Positions 39,620-53,479 of a stretch of 64,000 bases of DNA are shown here, one piece after another. Below the pieces are notes generated by a model that was not told where the DNA came from, did not search any database, and saw only the letters and a program-made list of their open reading frames with translations. The stretch's first letter is position 1; every line of letters begins with the position of its first letter. The DNA comes from the human T2T-CHM13v2.0 reference genome, Homo sapiens. The DNA lies in assembly GCF_009914755.1 (NCBI RefSeq), contig NC_060931.1; one strand, written 5' to 3'. The position numbers were made by a program, and so were the translations under genes.

Positions 39620-41115
39620 TCTTTCAATTTTTTTCAAAGAACCAGACTTTGGCTTTGTTGATCCCCTTTGGGGCATTTATTTTCTATTTTTTTAAAAAAT
39701 TATTTTCTTATATATATTATCTCTTTCATTTAGGTTTAGTTTGACCTTATGTATGTGGGTCATCAGGTGGCTTCTTATTCATTTTTAGTGTGTGTTTGTT
39801 GTTTTAGAGATACATTTAATGCCATTGTTTCTCTTTATGTATATCTTTCACTGTATCTTCCCAAGTTATGAATGTTATAGTTTTGCCTGGCTTTCAGATT
39901 GTATAATTTTTTTTGCTCTAGCTTCAAGTTTACTGATTCTGCCTTCTGTCGTCTCTAATCTGTCGTTAAGCCTGTCAGAATTTTTAAAAATTTCATTTAT
40001 TGTTTCCACTTTCATTTGGTTCTTTTTTTCCATTTATGTGCTCAGATTCCCTATCTGTTCACTCAAAATGACCATATTTTCCTTTACATATTTAAAATTA
40101 CTTGTAACAACTTCTTTAAATTATTTCCTGCTAAATCCAACATCTGAACCTTTTCAGAGTCAGTTATTGACTGTTTTTGTTTCTTGAATGTGGGCCACAT
40201 TTTCCTGTTTGCATGTACACTGATATTTATTATATACCAGATGTTAGGGTAATGCATTGTTGTGATTCTAGATTCTGCTAGCCACCTCTAAAGAACATTG
40301 ATTTTTGTTCTTGCAGGCAGGCCAATAACTGGCTGATCGCAGTGAACATGTGTCTGTTTTTATGCTTTTTTATGGTAGTTCTGTGAAAATCCCAACTTGC
40401 TTCTTAAGCCCCTCTAAATTGGAAGGATCTGAGCTCCCAAGTACTACATCCCCTGAACTTATTTAAAGAATTTTTGGCTTTTGTTATTCAGGCTTTGTTA
40501 GAGCATGTCTAGAATAGGTCTACTCTAGGGTGTGATCTTTAGTCCTCAGGTTGCGGCCTTTCTGATTTTCAGCTAGATGTCTGTGTTGGAATTGGGCTGA
40601 AACTCTACTTCCCAGCACTGTTTGATCTCTAGTATTTCTGTTTCTCTCTCAGACCTATAGTTGCTACTCATTGTTAAGCCTTGTATAGTCTGGTTCCATG
40701 CATGTGCAAACCAGTCCTCAGCCAAAGATTCATAGAGAATTCCTAAATGAGCTTCTGCCTTTCCCACTCCCAATCCCTGTGTAGCTCCCATCTTTTCAGT
40801 TTCCTGCCCAACAGATTCCAGTCACTTGGGTGGCCTCAAACGTGTATCTCTTCTTTCCACATCTGAGGAGGACCACCATGCTCCACTTGAACTCAAGCTC
40901 CCTAGACTGGGAACTAGGCAATTATCTCTAGGCAGAGAGCTAGAACAAACATGTGAGTCACCTTGTGAGTTTCCCTTCTTTCAGAGATTATGCTCTTGTG
41001 CTGCCTACTGCCCAATGCTTAAAAGAGTTGCATTACATATTTTTCCAGTTTTATAATTGCTTTTGGTGGCAGAATTTGTTTAGTACCAGTTCCTCTGTTA
41101 TGGTTGAAGCAGATA
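39620..41115 (-). mobile_element. L1M (MC/MD-like) 5' region: ORF1 and 5' UTR fragments
   Basis: tttcaaagaaccagactttggctttgttgat; ttcaagtttactgattct..ctaatctgtcgttaagcc; ends with L1M 5'-end-like tgctgcctactgcccaatgcttaaaa..ccagttcctctgttatggttgaagcaga. Confidence 0.7.
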
Positions 41116-41559
41116 ATTACCGAAAGTAATTTGTATTTTCTTTTCCTTGCTTATTGGAATTTTCTTATTGAATATGTATAATATTGATAGCTATATGTTT
41201 TAAATTACTTCAAAAGAAAATGTTATTCAAGTCAGAAGAAGAAAATAGAATTCCTATTAAGTTTCACAGAGATTAAAGAACACACCTGGCTGTAAGCTTT
41301 CTTTCTAATATCATAGCCTTCTTAGGATGTGTTTTTATTATTTATCTTCAAATTTTTCAAAATGAGGAAAGAACTTGAAAGATGATTAAAAAGTAAAAAA
41401 AATTGGAAATGCACAAGGAATATAAATCCTGGAAAAAAATACACTGATACTTAATCAGTAGCTTTTATATTCAATTTATTTTTCTAACTCCCTGACTTCT
41501 ACATTATAAATTTTAAGAATTTTGTACATAGTGTGAAAATATACTCTAACACACTAATA

Positions 41560-41740
41560 GGGCTAATGATTTCTAAGACGATATATATATCATGTATTGA
41601 GTACTTGCCCTATATCAGGCCCTGTGCTATATATACTATATATACATGGTTTTATTTAATCCTCATTACAACTGCCAAATATAGGCAAATTTATACCTAT
41701 TTTGTTCCCACAAGGAAACAACCTTAGAGCAGTGAAGGAA
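41560..41740 (-). mobile_element. MIR fragment
   Basis: catgtattgagtacttgccctatatcaggccctgtgcta..atttaatcctcattacaac. Confidence 0.7.
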
Positions 41741-42439
41741 GCTGATAAAAGTTCTTTCCTTTGGTAAAGTAAGTATGTCCTTCTGGGCCAACATGAGAAT
41801 TAATGTCTCTGTGTGCACCTGTACAATAAGACCTTCAATGTACTCTTCATGTAGTCCTAGTATGCGGTGTTTATCTGCATATTCCAAATATTACTTATTA
41901 ATACCTATGAATTCCACATATTACTTAATAATACTTATGAATGTTTCATTATATTTATACTTATCAAAAGTGCATATGGGCTAAAATTGTTTGAGGGACT
42001 GCTCTAAAACTTAGGTTTTAAAGCAGTAATGACATTCATTATTTTATCTCTTTATCCTCAATGTACTTTGCAAGTGGCTTTGATTATTTTCTTTAGTACA
42101 AGCTATGTGGTATGAGTATATCTCAGGATGAAGAACATGTTTTGGATTCTAAACTACACTATAAACAGAATCACTAGTCTTCAGAAGCAAATTTGTTGTC
42201 CAAACTATGTGGTTAAATATCCCCATATGTGCAAATGCTGACAATTGTTTGATCCAGGGAGAGTTGAAAGGGAGCTTCAGAGATGATTATAAAGAGAAAC
42301 CTGAATGAACAAAACCATCTTACTCAGTGGAAACCATCCAGTTCCCAGATGAGAAGTCATTAAAATTTCTGCTGACTTTCACTGGCAGAATGAAAAAAGG
42401 ATTAGAAAAGATGATATTAAACATTTTTAGAGCATATAT

Positions 42440-42640
42440 TAATTGGATATATTCTCATAACTCTGTGACATACTACTATGACCAACCCTGTTTTACTGAT
42501 GATCTAACTGAGAATTAATGGTTACATAATGTACCTGGGGTTAGTTACATCTCCTACATTGTAGGAGATTGAGCTAAGAGCAGGGACCAGGTAGACTGAT
42601 ACTCAAGGTTATACTCTTGACCACTACACTGTACTGCTTT
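42440..42640 (-). mobile_element. MIR fragment
   Basis: attctcataactctgtga..ctgttttactgatga..actcttgaccactacactgtactgc. Confidence 0.65.
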
Positions 42641-43775
42641 GAAACTGATTAAATACAGGAAACAGTACTTTAGAGAATTTATGTCTTCTTAGTCATTTGT
42701 TTATATATCAATATAAATAAATTCTTACTTAATGTTGTTGGCCACTCTGGTTATAAGATTTCCAACTTTTGGTGAATGTTTTCTTAGGTAATTATTTGCT
42801 AAGCCCCTTTTCCCCATTGGTACCCTGCCCTTATTTCTAGCCTCATTTCTTACTACACTGTCCTACTTTGAGCCCTCTGAGAGCTTCATGGAGCCTGTTC
42901 TCCAAAAAGCTGAGAGAGGGATTCTATTTAGCCTGATTTGTTCCTGCTGTAAAAGTGTTTTAGGTTTGAAAACTTTCAATTATGTCATGAATGGGGAAAC
43001 CTCTCTTAGGACCAGAAGGGGAAAAAAATACAGTGATTTTAATTTTTTACCCCTTAACACAGAAAGAAAGAGTAAGATTATTTTTCAATTAAAGGCTCTA
43101 TCTTGGCCTAAGGATTTAAGATATTCAATCTCTAAAGAATTTGGCTTCCCAGGAGTGGGAATGTTAAATTTAAGCTATAGAATTGACTTGAATTAAAGCA
43201 AATTAGTAAAATGCGTAATTTTACTGGATTTGTGGAGTTTGCTTTGGTAGAGATTTAGATATATATGATTGCATATTTTTTTTCTTTTTTCTTTTTCAGA
43301 CTACAGTCATGTAATCAGTCCTATTATATTAACTGGGTATGCATTTTTTTTTGCATCATGATAGCAGTTGTTTCAATTAAATTAATCCAAGCCAAATCCA
43401 ATTGATTCATTTGGGAAACAACAGGGTCACTTGACAATGAGAAAACAAAAATGTTAAAGTGTAGAAAGAAATTGTAGCTCTGTGGGGGAAGCATTATATA
43501 ATTAACTAAGGCATTAATATTATTTTTTTTAACTCACATACCAAAAGAAAGCTATATTTGGATATCAGAGTGCAGTTACTTCTCTGCCTGGGTAGGTGGT
43601 CTTCGATCACTTTTTCCTTTGTTGCCTCATTCTGCCAGTCTATGAACCTCTGCTGGTTCTGTCTACCCTCTGCTCTCATTGTCTCAACTGCAGCATTTAA
43701 GCTTACCTGGCAGGTGCGGTAAATATTAGGTATCCTTATCATTTGGCCTTCCCCTTCTCCAGATCATGTGGCTAG

Positions 43776-43901
43776 TAGAGTGACCACATATATGTCAACT
43801 AAACTTGGGCATTTTCTCTAGTGCAAATGCTGAATGAAGAAGGGCTCTGGTATAAGGGGCAAAACCAGGACTGTCCTGGGCAAACCATAGAGTTTTACCT
43901 A
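43776..43901. mobile_element. MER94-like hAT-Blackjack MITE
   Basis: tagagtgaccac start; aaaccaggactgtcctgggcaaacc; ends ..accta. Confidence 0.6.
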
Positions 43902-44865
43902 TAGTATTGATTGCTCCTGCTTTCCCCTCACTGCCAATATCCAGGACTCAGCTCCTTCAATCTCAGGGAGTAGAAACTCATGTTGCTTCAAAGCCATAGT
44001 TATTTCCTCCTCCACCATGCTGGCTTAATCCATTGATACTGAGTTTTTGTTTTGACTTTACTCCCAAATTTGGTCCAGTTACCTTTTATGTTCAGTGCTA
44101 GAATTCTGCCCTATAACCCCAACTAAGAGCTTGACATTCTTCCATAAACTCAGTAGTCTTCTGCTCTTACACTAAAGTTATATATTTAAAGAGTAACACA
44201 GAGGCTGAGGCCTGTCCCCACTGAACATAAATGTTGCTTGCTGCCTGACTGGTCACCTGCTGAAGCACTACGCATCCTGGTTTCCTTTGCTGTCGAAATC
44301 TATAAACTTCATGGCAATCTGATGTCTCATCAGAGACCTAAGATACTGGCTGCTTTCTTAATGTTGGCACATGCTTCTGTGCCTCCAGATCTTTGAAAAT
44401 TTTATAACTACGTATATTTCCGGAGCAAGACTCTTCAGGTAGTTATTTCATTAATTCTTGCCCTTCCATTTCAGATCAGTATATATCTAATATTACTCCC
44501 ATGCTCTACTTGTGGCCTATGTACCCTTGGAAGGACCACTATTCTGCTCACCAGAGGCCCAAATTTTACTAAGGAACTTCCTATGTTCAACTATGTGGCA
44601 GACATGATTTGGAGTATAAATTTAAATATAGACTTGCTTGCGGAAGGGTAGATTACGAGAGATTGGAAGCAGGATTCATGTCAATTATGTCATTAAAGAG
44701 AACCAAAATGAAGAGACTAGAAAATGTTGGGAACTAATTTTATATTGGTGTTGTATCAGTTAAATTTCACTGATGGTAAGCAACATAAATCAACTTTAAA
44801 AATTTAAGTGAAGGAGGAACTTGTTGGAGGAACATTGGAGCCATATGTAGAATGAAAAAAAGAAC

Positions 44866-45856
44866 TGTAATACTTTGGCCCTTGACCTTTGAGCCCTGAG
44901 GTCCTCATTCCCCAGCTTCAGAATGTTTTGGAAGCTCACCACTACCAACCCACTCCCTCTATGGGAATTTAACTTGGCTAAAGAGAGCTGACTTCCCAGG
45001 GGTGTTACCTTGATTAAAGCCACTCTGTTTAGCCTAATTCAATTTCTGTCCCATGACAGTTTGATGAGGGAATATACCTTTTTCTCTTTGACTCCTTGCC
45101 TCAATTTGGGACACCTCTGAAGAGCCATCCTAGCTCCAGAGTTCTCCATAGGATTGGCTGAAGACTCCATTGCAACTGTACCACATCCCAACCTCTCCTA
45201 CTTCCCAATATGTTTCATTTCACTGCCTTAGAGGAAGGTTTTGATCCCAAGATCAATCTTACAGAGGATGGAGCTGATTTATTGCTTTAATGAGATAACT
45301 CTACCATTAGCTCTAGAGATACTTGAAAGTATGACTTTGACTCTTGGACAAGACTAGGGTATAGGGTAGTAGGATTTATCACATTCTGTTAAAAGTCTGA
45401 AACTTCCCTGCCAAGCCCCAATTTTATTTTATGTTTTTACTGATGGTTTCCAAATGTTTTAACTGGTTAAACAGCCTAGTTTGACAGCAAGACCAGAGAG
45501 GCATAAAAATTTTATTAGAGCTTCTGCTTTGAGCTCTCCCAAAGCCAAACTTTCTCACATAGTTCTTGGTTGAATTCAGCTATGAAGTACAACCCTTGCA
45601 CATATGAGGCCCATGGGAGCTAGTGTATGGATATCTTTCTGACCATAATGTTTGCTTGTACCTGCTTTTTTTAATTTTTTTTTTAATGGCACCATATCTT
45701 TTGTCTTTAAATAAGTGTTACATAAGTATGCTCTATCGGGTCTATGTGTCCTTTAAATATCTATATATGGGAAATCTTTTCAATCCCTCAATAAGCTTCC
45801 CACATGCAGATCTCAGTCTCAGAGCCTGTTTCCTGGATAATTCTGACCTGTGGAAA
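44866..45856 (+). mobile_element. ERVL LTR16C-like solo LTR, split by an insert at 45259-45779
   Basis: ccttgcctcaatttgggacacctctgaagagccatcctagctccagagttctccataggattggctgaag..gatcccaaga; resumes caatccctcaataagcttcccacatgcagatctcagtctcagagcctgtttcc. Confidence 0.8.
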
Positions 45857-45967
45857 CAATGCACTTTTAGAAAGTGTGCTAATCAAATAAGCTCTGGTGT
45901 TTTCAACAGCAGTAAAGTAGAAATTGTCTACTAGGGTTTCCTAAACTCCTTTTGTCTTCTGTGTCTT

Positions 45968-46439
45968 TGCTATTGGTTGAATTGTGTCCTCCAAAATTTG
46001 CATGTTGAAGTTTTAACCCCCAGAACTTCAGAATGTGACTTTATTTGGAAATAGGGTCATTGCAGGCATAATTAGTTAAGATTAAGTTATCCTGGAGTAG
46101 GGTGGGCCCCTAATCCAATATGACCAGTGTTCTTACATAGAGAGAAAAATGTGAATACACACACAAACACAGACACACACACGCACACAGACTGCCATGT
46201 GAAAATGAAGGTAGAAATAAGGGTATTGTAGCAGAAGCCAAGAAACACCCAGGACTGACAGCAAACCACTAGAAGCTAGGAGACAGGAGTGGATCAGATT
46301 TCTCCCTCAGAACACTCAGAAGGTTAGACTCACTCTACCATCGCCTTGATTGTAGCCTTCAGAATGGTAAGACAATGAGTCCTGTTGTATAAGCCCCCAA
46401 TTTGTAGTAGTTTGTTATTGCAGTCTTTGCAAAATTATA
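45968..46439 (+). mobile_element. MaLR solo LTR (MLT1C-like)
   Basis: tgctattggttgaattgtgtcctccaaaa..gaatgtgactttatttggaaatagggtc..gaagctaggagacagg; 5-bp TSD gtctt at 45963-45967 and 46440-46444. Confidence 0.9.
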
Positions 46440-46554
46440 GTCTTTGCTTAAGATCCAAATTCCCAGGAAGGTAGTTCTGATTTGTCCACTGATCAAACAA
46501 ACAAATAAACAAACAAAATTGCTACACTGAGACAAGGTAGCAAAGAATATTAGA

Positions 46555-46765
46555 AATGAATTTGAAGTTTCAGGCCTACTGATTAGAAAAAATGATAATT
46601 CTCCTCACTGGAAAACAGAACTCTGGAGTTGAAACAAGTTTTATGGGTAACACATTGTTTTATTTATTTGAGTTTGTGGTAGTAACGGTACATCTATCTG
46701 GAGATACCAGCCAGAGATTAGAAATTTCTGGTTAGAGCCTGAGAGAGGGACTGAGATTAAAGATT
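46555..46765 (-). mobile_element. L2 fragment, host of the Tigger2b
   Basis: ttgagtttgtggtagt..catctatctggagatacc..gagagagggactgagattaaagattta. Confidence 0.6.
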
Positions 46766-46767
46766 TA

Positions 46768-48115
<1,348 letters not shown>

Positions 48116-49352
48116 TAGGTATGAGTGATTTTACAGAAGTAACTTTTGAAGAAATTGGATCATTAATCACTGGCCGTGGGCCAGACCAGGAGTAAGCTCA
48201 ACTGTACCTTAAAGTTTGCTATGATGGTTTCTGTGGGTAGTGCTGTAGGAATTGAGGGAAAAACAACTAGCTATTGCTGATTAGTAGCTTAAGTTTTCAG
48301 GTCAGCCAGAGAAGAGAGAAATTTACTCAAAAAAGTTAGGGTGCCAAATTTTGTCATAAGAAATAATCTGGGCTCAAGAACTTGGAGCCAAGGCCAAAAG
48401 CATATTATGGAGAAAAAAATTCAGCAAAGAAGTTACATTAAAATCAAGTTGGTGTCAATACATTAATTCACTGGGGAGAAGAAGAGTCTTGTCAGCAAAT
48501 GGTATTGGGACAACTACATATCTGTGGTCAAATAAATAAAGTTGGTCTCTTATATCACACCGCATACAAAAATTAATTCAAAATGGATCAAAGATCTAAA
48601 TATAGCAGTTGACTTATTAAACTCTTAGAAGAAAACATAGGCAGAGTCTCATAAATCTTCGTTAGGTAATAATCTCTTAGATTTGACAGTAAAAGTACAA
48701 GCAATGACAACAGCCAAACAGATAAATGAGACAAAAATTAAAAATGTTTTGTAGTTTGAAGGACACCATCAAAAAAGTGGATTAAAAAACTCATAGAATT
48801 AAAATAGAGGCAAAGGATTCAACTAGGCATTTCTCCAAAGAAGAGATAAAAATGGCATTAGACAGATGAAAATATGTCCCTATAGTTAACCATCACAGAA
48901 ATGCAAATCAAAACCACGATTACATACCACTGATATGAACTGGAATGACTATGATAAAAAAGAAAGGTAATAGTAAGTGTTGGTGAGAATGTAAAGAAAT
49001 TTTAGAAAGTACAGTTGCTCTGGAAACAGTCTGGCATTTTTTAAAAAGGTTAAACAGAGCTTCCTCACAACCCAGTAGTTTCACCTCTAGATATATACCT
49101 GTGAGAAATAAAACATGCGTCCACATAAAACTTGTGGAACAGTATTCATAGTAGCATCATACTTAACAGCCAAAAGGTAGAAACAATTCAAATGTTTATC
49201 AACTAAAGGATGAATGAACAAAATTTGGTATATCTTTGTAATGCAATATTATTGGACTACAAAAAGGAATGAAGTTCTGATTTACTCTACAATATGAATG
49301 AACCTTCTAACATTATGCTAAAAATCAGTCACATATTGTATGATTCCTTATA

Positions 49353-50228
49353 CAGTTATGCATTGCTTAACAACAGAGACGTGTTCTGAGAAGTGCATCA
49401 TTAAGCCATTTTCTCCTTGTGCAAACATTATAGATTGTACTTCACAAACCTAGATGGTATATAGCCTACTACAGTATGATACGGCTTATTGCTCCTGGGC
49501 TACATACCTGTACAGCATGTTACTGTACTGAATAGTGTGGGCAATTTTAACACGATGGTATTTGTGTGTCCAAATATATCTAAACATAGAAAAGGTACAG
49601 TAAACATTTGGAATAAAAGATTAAAAGAAAAGTACATCTGTACAGAGCACCTATTTTGAATGGGGTTTTCAGGACTGGAAGTTTCTTTGGGTGAGGCAGT
49701 GAGTGGTGAATGAATGTGAAGGCCTAGGATATTACTGTGCATTCTGTAGGCTTTATAAACACTGTACATTTAAGCCACACTAAATTTATTTAAAACATTT
49801 CTTTCTTCAATAACAACCTTAGCTTACTATAACTTTTTTACTTAATAACCTCTTGATTTTTTTAACTTTTTGACTCTTCCGTAATAATACTTAGGTTAAA
49901 ATGCAAATACATTGTACAGCTGTACAAAAATATTTTCTTTTTAATATCCCTATTCTGTATGCCTTTAAGTCTTTAAAAATTTTTTATTCTATTTTTTTAC
50001 TTTTAAACTTCTTTGTTAAAAAACAGAGGCAAAAACACACACATTAGCCTAGGCCTACACGGGGTCAGGATCATCAATATCACTGTCTCCCACCTATATA
50101 TCTTGTCCCACTGAAAGATTTTCAGGGGTGATAGCATGCACAGAGCTGTCATCTTCTATGATAACAATGCCTTCTTCTGAAATACCTCCTAAAGGACCTG
50201 CCTGTGGCTGTTTTACAGTGGACTTTAA

Positions 50229-50313
<85 letters not shown>

Positions 50314-50628
50314 GGAGTATACCCTAAAATAAAAAGCTATGGTATAGTAAACACATAAGGCAATCATGTATAATGTAGTCATTTATGATCAAGTGTTATG
50401 TACCATACATAATTGTATGTGCCAGACTTTCATATGACTATCAGTGCAGTAGGTCTGTTTACAGCAGCATCCCCACAAACATGTGAATAGTGTGTTCCAC
50501 TATGACATTAAGACTGCTATGATGTCCCTAGGCAGTAATGATTTTCCAGCTCCGTTATAATCCTATGGGACCACTGTTGTATATATGGTCTGTTGTTCAC
50601 CAAAACTGTTAAGCAGCAGAAGACCATG
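49353..50628 (-). mobile_element. Tigger3b (GOLEM/MER7-like) non-autonomous DNA transposon
   Basis: TA-flanked; left cagttatgcattgcttaacaac..ttctgagaagtgcatc; right ttataatcctatgggaccactgttgtatatatggtctgttgttcacc. Confidence 0.88.
50232..50313. repeat. Compound (TA)n(GA)n microsatellite inside Tigger3b
   Basis: Read directly. Confidence 0.97.
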
Positions 50629-53119
50629 TATAAAATATTCAGAATAGGGAAATCTAAATAGACAGAAAGTTAATTAGTGGTTGCTTAGGGCTGGAAGGGG
50701 AAATTATAATGAAAAACTGTGGAATTTCTGGATGATAAAAATGTTATAAGATTGTGATAAGGGTTGCACAACTCTGTATTATACTAAGAACCTATATTAC
50801 ACCTTATATATTTTCAATGGATGAATTGTGTAGTATGTGAATTCTATCTCAATAAAGCTGTTTTGAAAATCAAATAAAAAATGGAGGTGTGGTGAGTGTA
50901 GACATGGAGAGTAAGTTTTAGCAGTGGGTCCAGTTTTATGTGTGTGAAACATCAAGATCAAATAGACAACAAAAGCAGAGTGTCATGTTGCTAATTGATA
51001 AGAAAGATAGATGAAAATGCCTCTTAACTCACTAGCAAGAAGATATAACTGCTTTAGTGAGATGTATTGATAAATATGAAACGATTTTATTTTTTTAAAA
51101 TAAATTTCAACTGTTCTATATTGAGCCCCCTCTGTCTTTTCTTCCCTTAACAGGATTTTAGCAATATTTCCTAACTTTTCTGCTACTTTTGGCAATTAAA
51201 AGAGGCTAATTCTTGTGTTCAAGAATTTGCCCTTTATATTTAAAATTTAACTTTTATATCCAATGCAAAGTGATTCTCCTCTCTTCTTCCTAGAAGAGGC
51301 AGAAGCTGTGCAGGAGGGAATGTTGTCTGCCTCTCAGGCATTTTTCAGGCCTTCTCACTTCTCTCCTGTCTCTTTCTACCACCTTTAAGTGGTGCTATCT
51401 CTGGGGGCAGTGATGAAGGAAATGAAGGAACAATGTTCTCATGCTTCAGAGCCGATTCCAGGTGCACACACACAGAGACCTGCACCCTTGCCCTTAGCAC
51501 TCTGATGAGGACTTGACCTTGTGAAAGGTTGTGGCCATTCCCTTCCCATGTGAACTGGCCTTTATTTACTCTTTCTCTGGTAGTTTTCCAAATACTTGTA
51601 TTGGCTTCTTTTTTTAAAAGGTCAGTTTCCCTCTCCTGCTGCTATTTAGACTTGATCATTATTCCTTATGCTATTTTACTCAAGTCCTTGGAAAGAATGT
51701 TCAATGTAAGCAATTTCCACTTTGCTGTCTATCCTATGAGTTACATATGAGCTATTACTTGTTACAAATTGTTAGTTCTAGCAACTTGCTGAGGAGGTTA
51801 TTACGTCAAAGTACTGTACATATGGGGTTGACTTTTCCTTTTTCTGGTACTGTCTTGATTTGAGGGGTGTGGAAACTAAATTGTTAAAGACATCATCAGA
51901 TATTGTCACCACACCTTCCACCCTCTTCTTTTCTCTTTTGTTTTGTTTGTTTATCTGCTATTTTCTCCTATTTATCATTGCTTCCATCAAAATATCAGAT
52001 TCAATTGAAACTCTATTCAAATTCAGCAAAAACATTAATAGCTGGAAATTATTTGTGTATTTCCTCATTAATTGTCTTGCTGATTTCTATAGAGTTAAAC
52101 CACATTATCCAGGTGGTGGTATGTTGAACACAAAGGCACAATAAGCACTAAATAATTTACTTCTAGCTCTTCCAAACACTACCATATTCTCCAGTGACTT
52201 GGGCAGCAGTGGTGATTATATCTGTAGGCTTGTCTTCTTTGTCAAATCTGGCAGTGGCTTTTTTGACATCACTAAAAATGACACTGACAGTAGAGTCCTT
52301 GGGGTGGCCCACATGTATTATTTTTAAGAAAGCAAATGTCACAGTACTGTGGAAACAATCATATTACTGGCACTTAAAATCATACCTCACCATGTCAAGG
52401 TAAAAAATAGCTTGGGACAACAGATCTGAGTTTGATTAAGAGTACTGTGGAAAACAGAGTGAGGTAGAAACCAAACATTTTTAAGTTCTTCTACTTAGTT
52501 CTCTCATTCCAACACCACAGAATACAGCCACTCAATCTATGAGCTAGTCAGGCATACAAATTCTCACTTCACTTTACGTCCTCTGCAAGTAGACAATTTT
52601 GGATCTGCAGTTACTAACATCTCCAGAGGCCAGGCAACACAGACTTTTGCATGACTTTCAGAGCCACAAAAGAAACATGGGGACCCACAATTGGGAAGGA
52701 ATCATTCAATACCACTTGACTTGAGATTTTGAAGTATCATTCCCATTTCACTAATAGCCAAGTTAGAACATATGCTGGAAGAGACACACAAGTGAAAAAC
52801 AAAAAACACACATTTAACTGCATTCTTTACACTTGTGGAAAAAACACATAATTTAACTATTCTTGAGTTTACCTGATTGTCATGTACATAACTGGAAGAA
52901 GAAATTAAGTCTTGTTTGTATAATTAGACTACCAACACAGAAGCAGAAGTTACACCAAGTCATGGGATATGTTGAGCCTTTAGTACTGGGTCCTACACCT
53001 ACTGATGGTGTGTTTTCCAACTAACTACCTTTAACTGCATGAGAAGAGCATACCTGCCTGCATACACTGGGGAGGGAAAGTTGGGAGAGTGGGCATGGTT
53101 ACAACAAATCTGTTTTATG

Positions 53120-53385
53120 TTGGGAGGCCAACGCAGGTGGATCACCTGAGGTCAGGAGTTTGAGACCAGCCTGGCCAACATGGTGAAACCCCGTCTCTAC
53201 TAAAATACAAAAATTAGCTGAGTGTGGTGGAGGGCACCTATAATCCCAGCTACTCTGGAGGCTGAGTCAGGAGAATCACTTGAACCCAGGAGGCAAAGGT
53301 TGCAGTGAGCCAAGATCATGTCTTGCACTCTAGCCTGGGCAATAAGAGTGAAACTCTGTCTCAAAAAACAAACAAACAAACAAAC
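53120..53385 (+). mobile_element. 5'-truncated AluS (Sx/Sq-like) with (AAAC)n tail
   Basis: Starts at ttgggaggcc; atcacctgaggtcaggagtttgagaccagcctggccaacatgg; TSD ttttatgtt at 53113-53121 and 53388-53396. Confidence 0.94.
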
Positions 53386-53479
53386 GATTTTATGTTCCCA
53401 GACTTGAAGTCATAGCTTTCCTTCTCCTTTGGGACAGAAGAAAGTCTACTAATCTCACTTTCTCTCCAACTCTGGCTCA

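Larger units (their letters stand above)
48470..50870 (+). mobile_element. L1MB (MB7/8-like) ORF2 end and 3' UTR, split by Tigger3b
   Basis: aattaattcaaaatggatcaaagatctaaa..atgcaaatcaaaaccac..; ends gtatgtgaattctatctcaataaagctgtt. Confidence 0.82.

Noticed and set aside
39792-40187. 131-aa hydrophobic membrane-protein-like ORF
   Set aside because: Translation of T-rich antisense L1 ORF1 sequence; the hydrophobicity is a compositional artefact
50128-50382. ORFs with YI/RE or SL repeats (also 32648-32953 and 4447-4629)
   Set aside because: Translations of dinucleotide microsatellites
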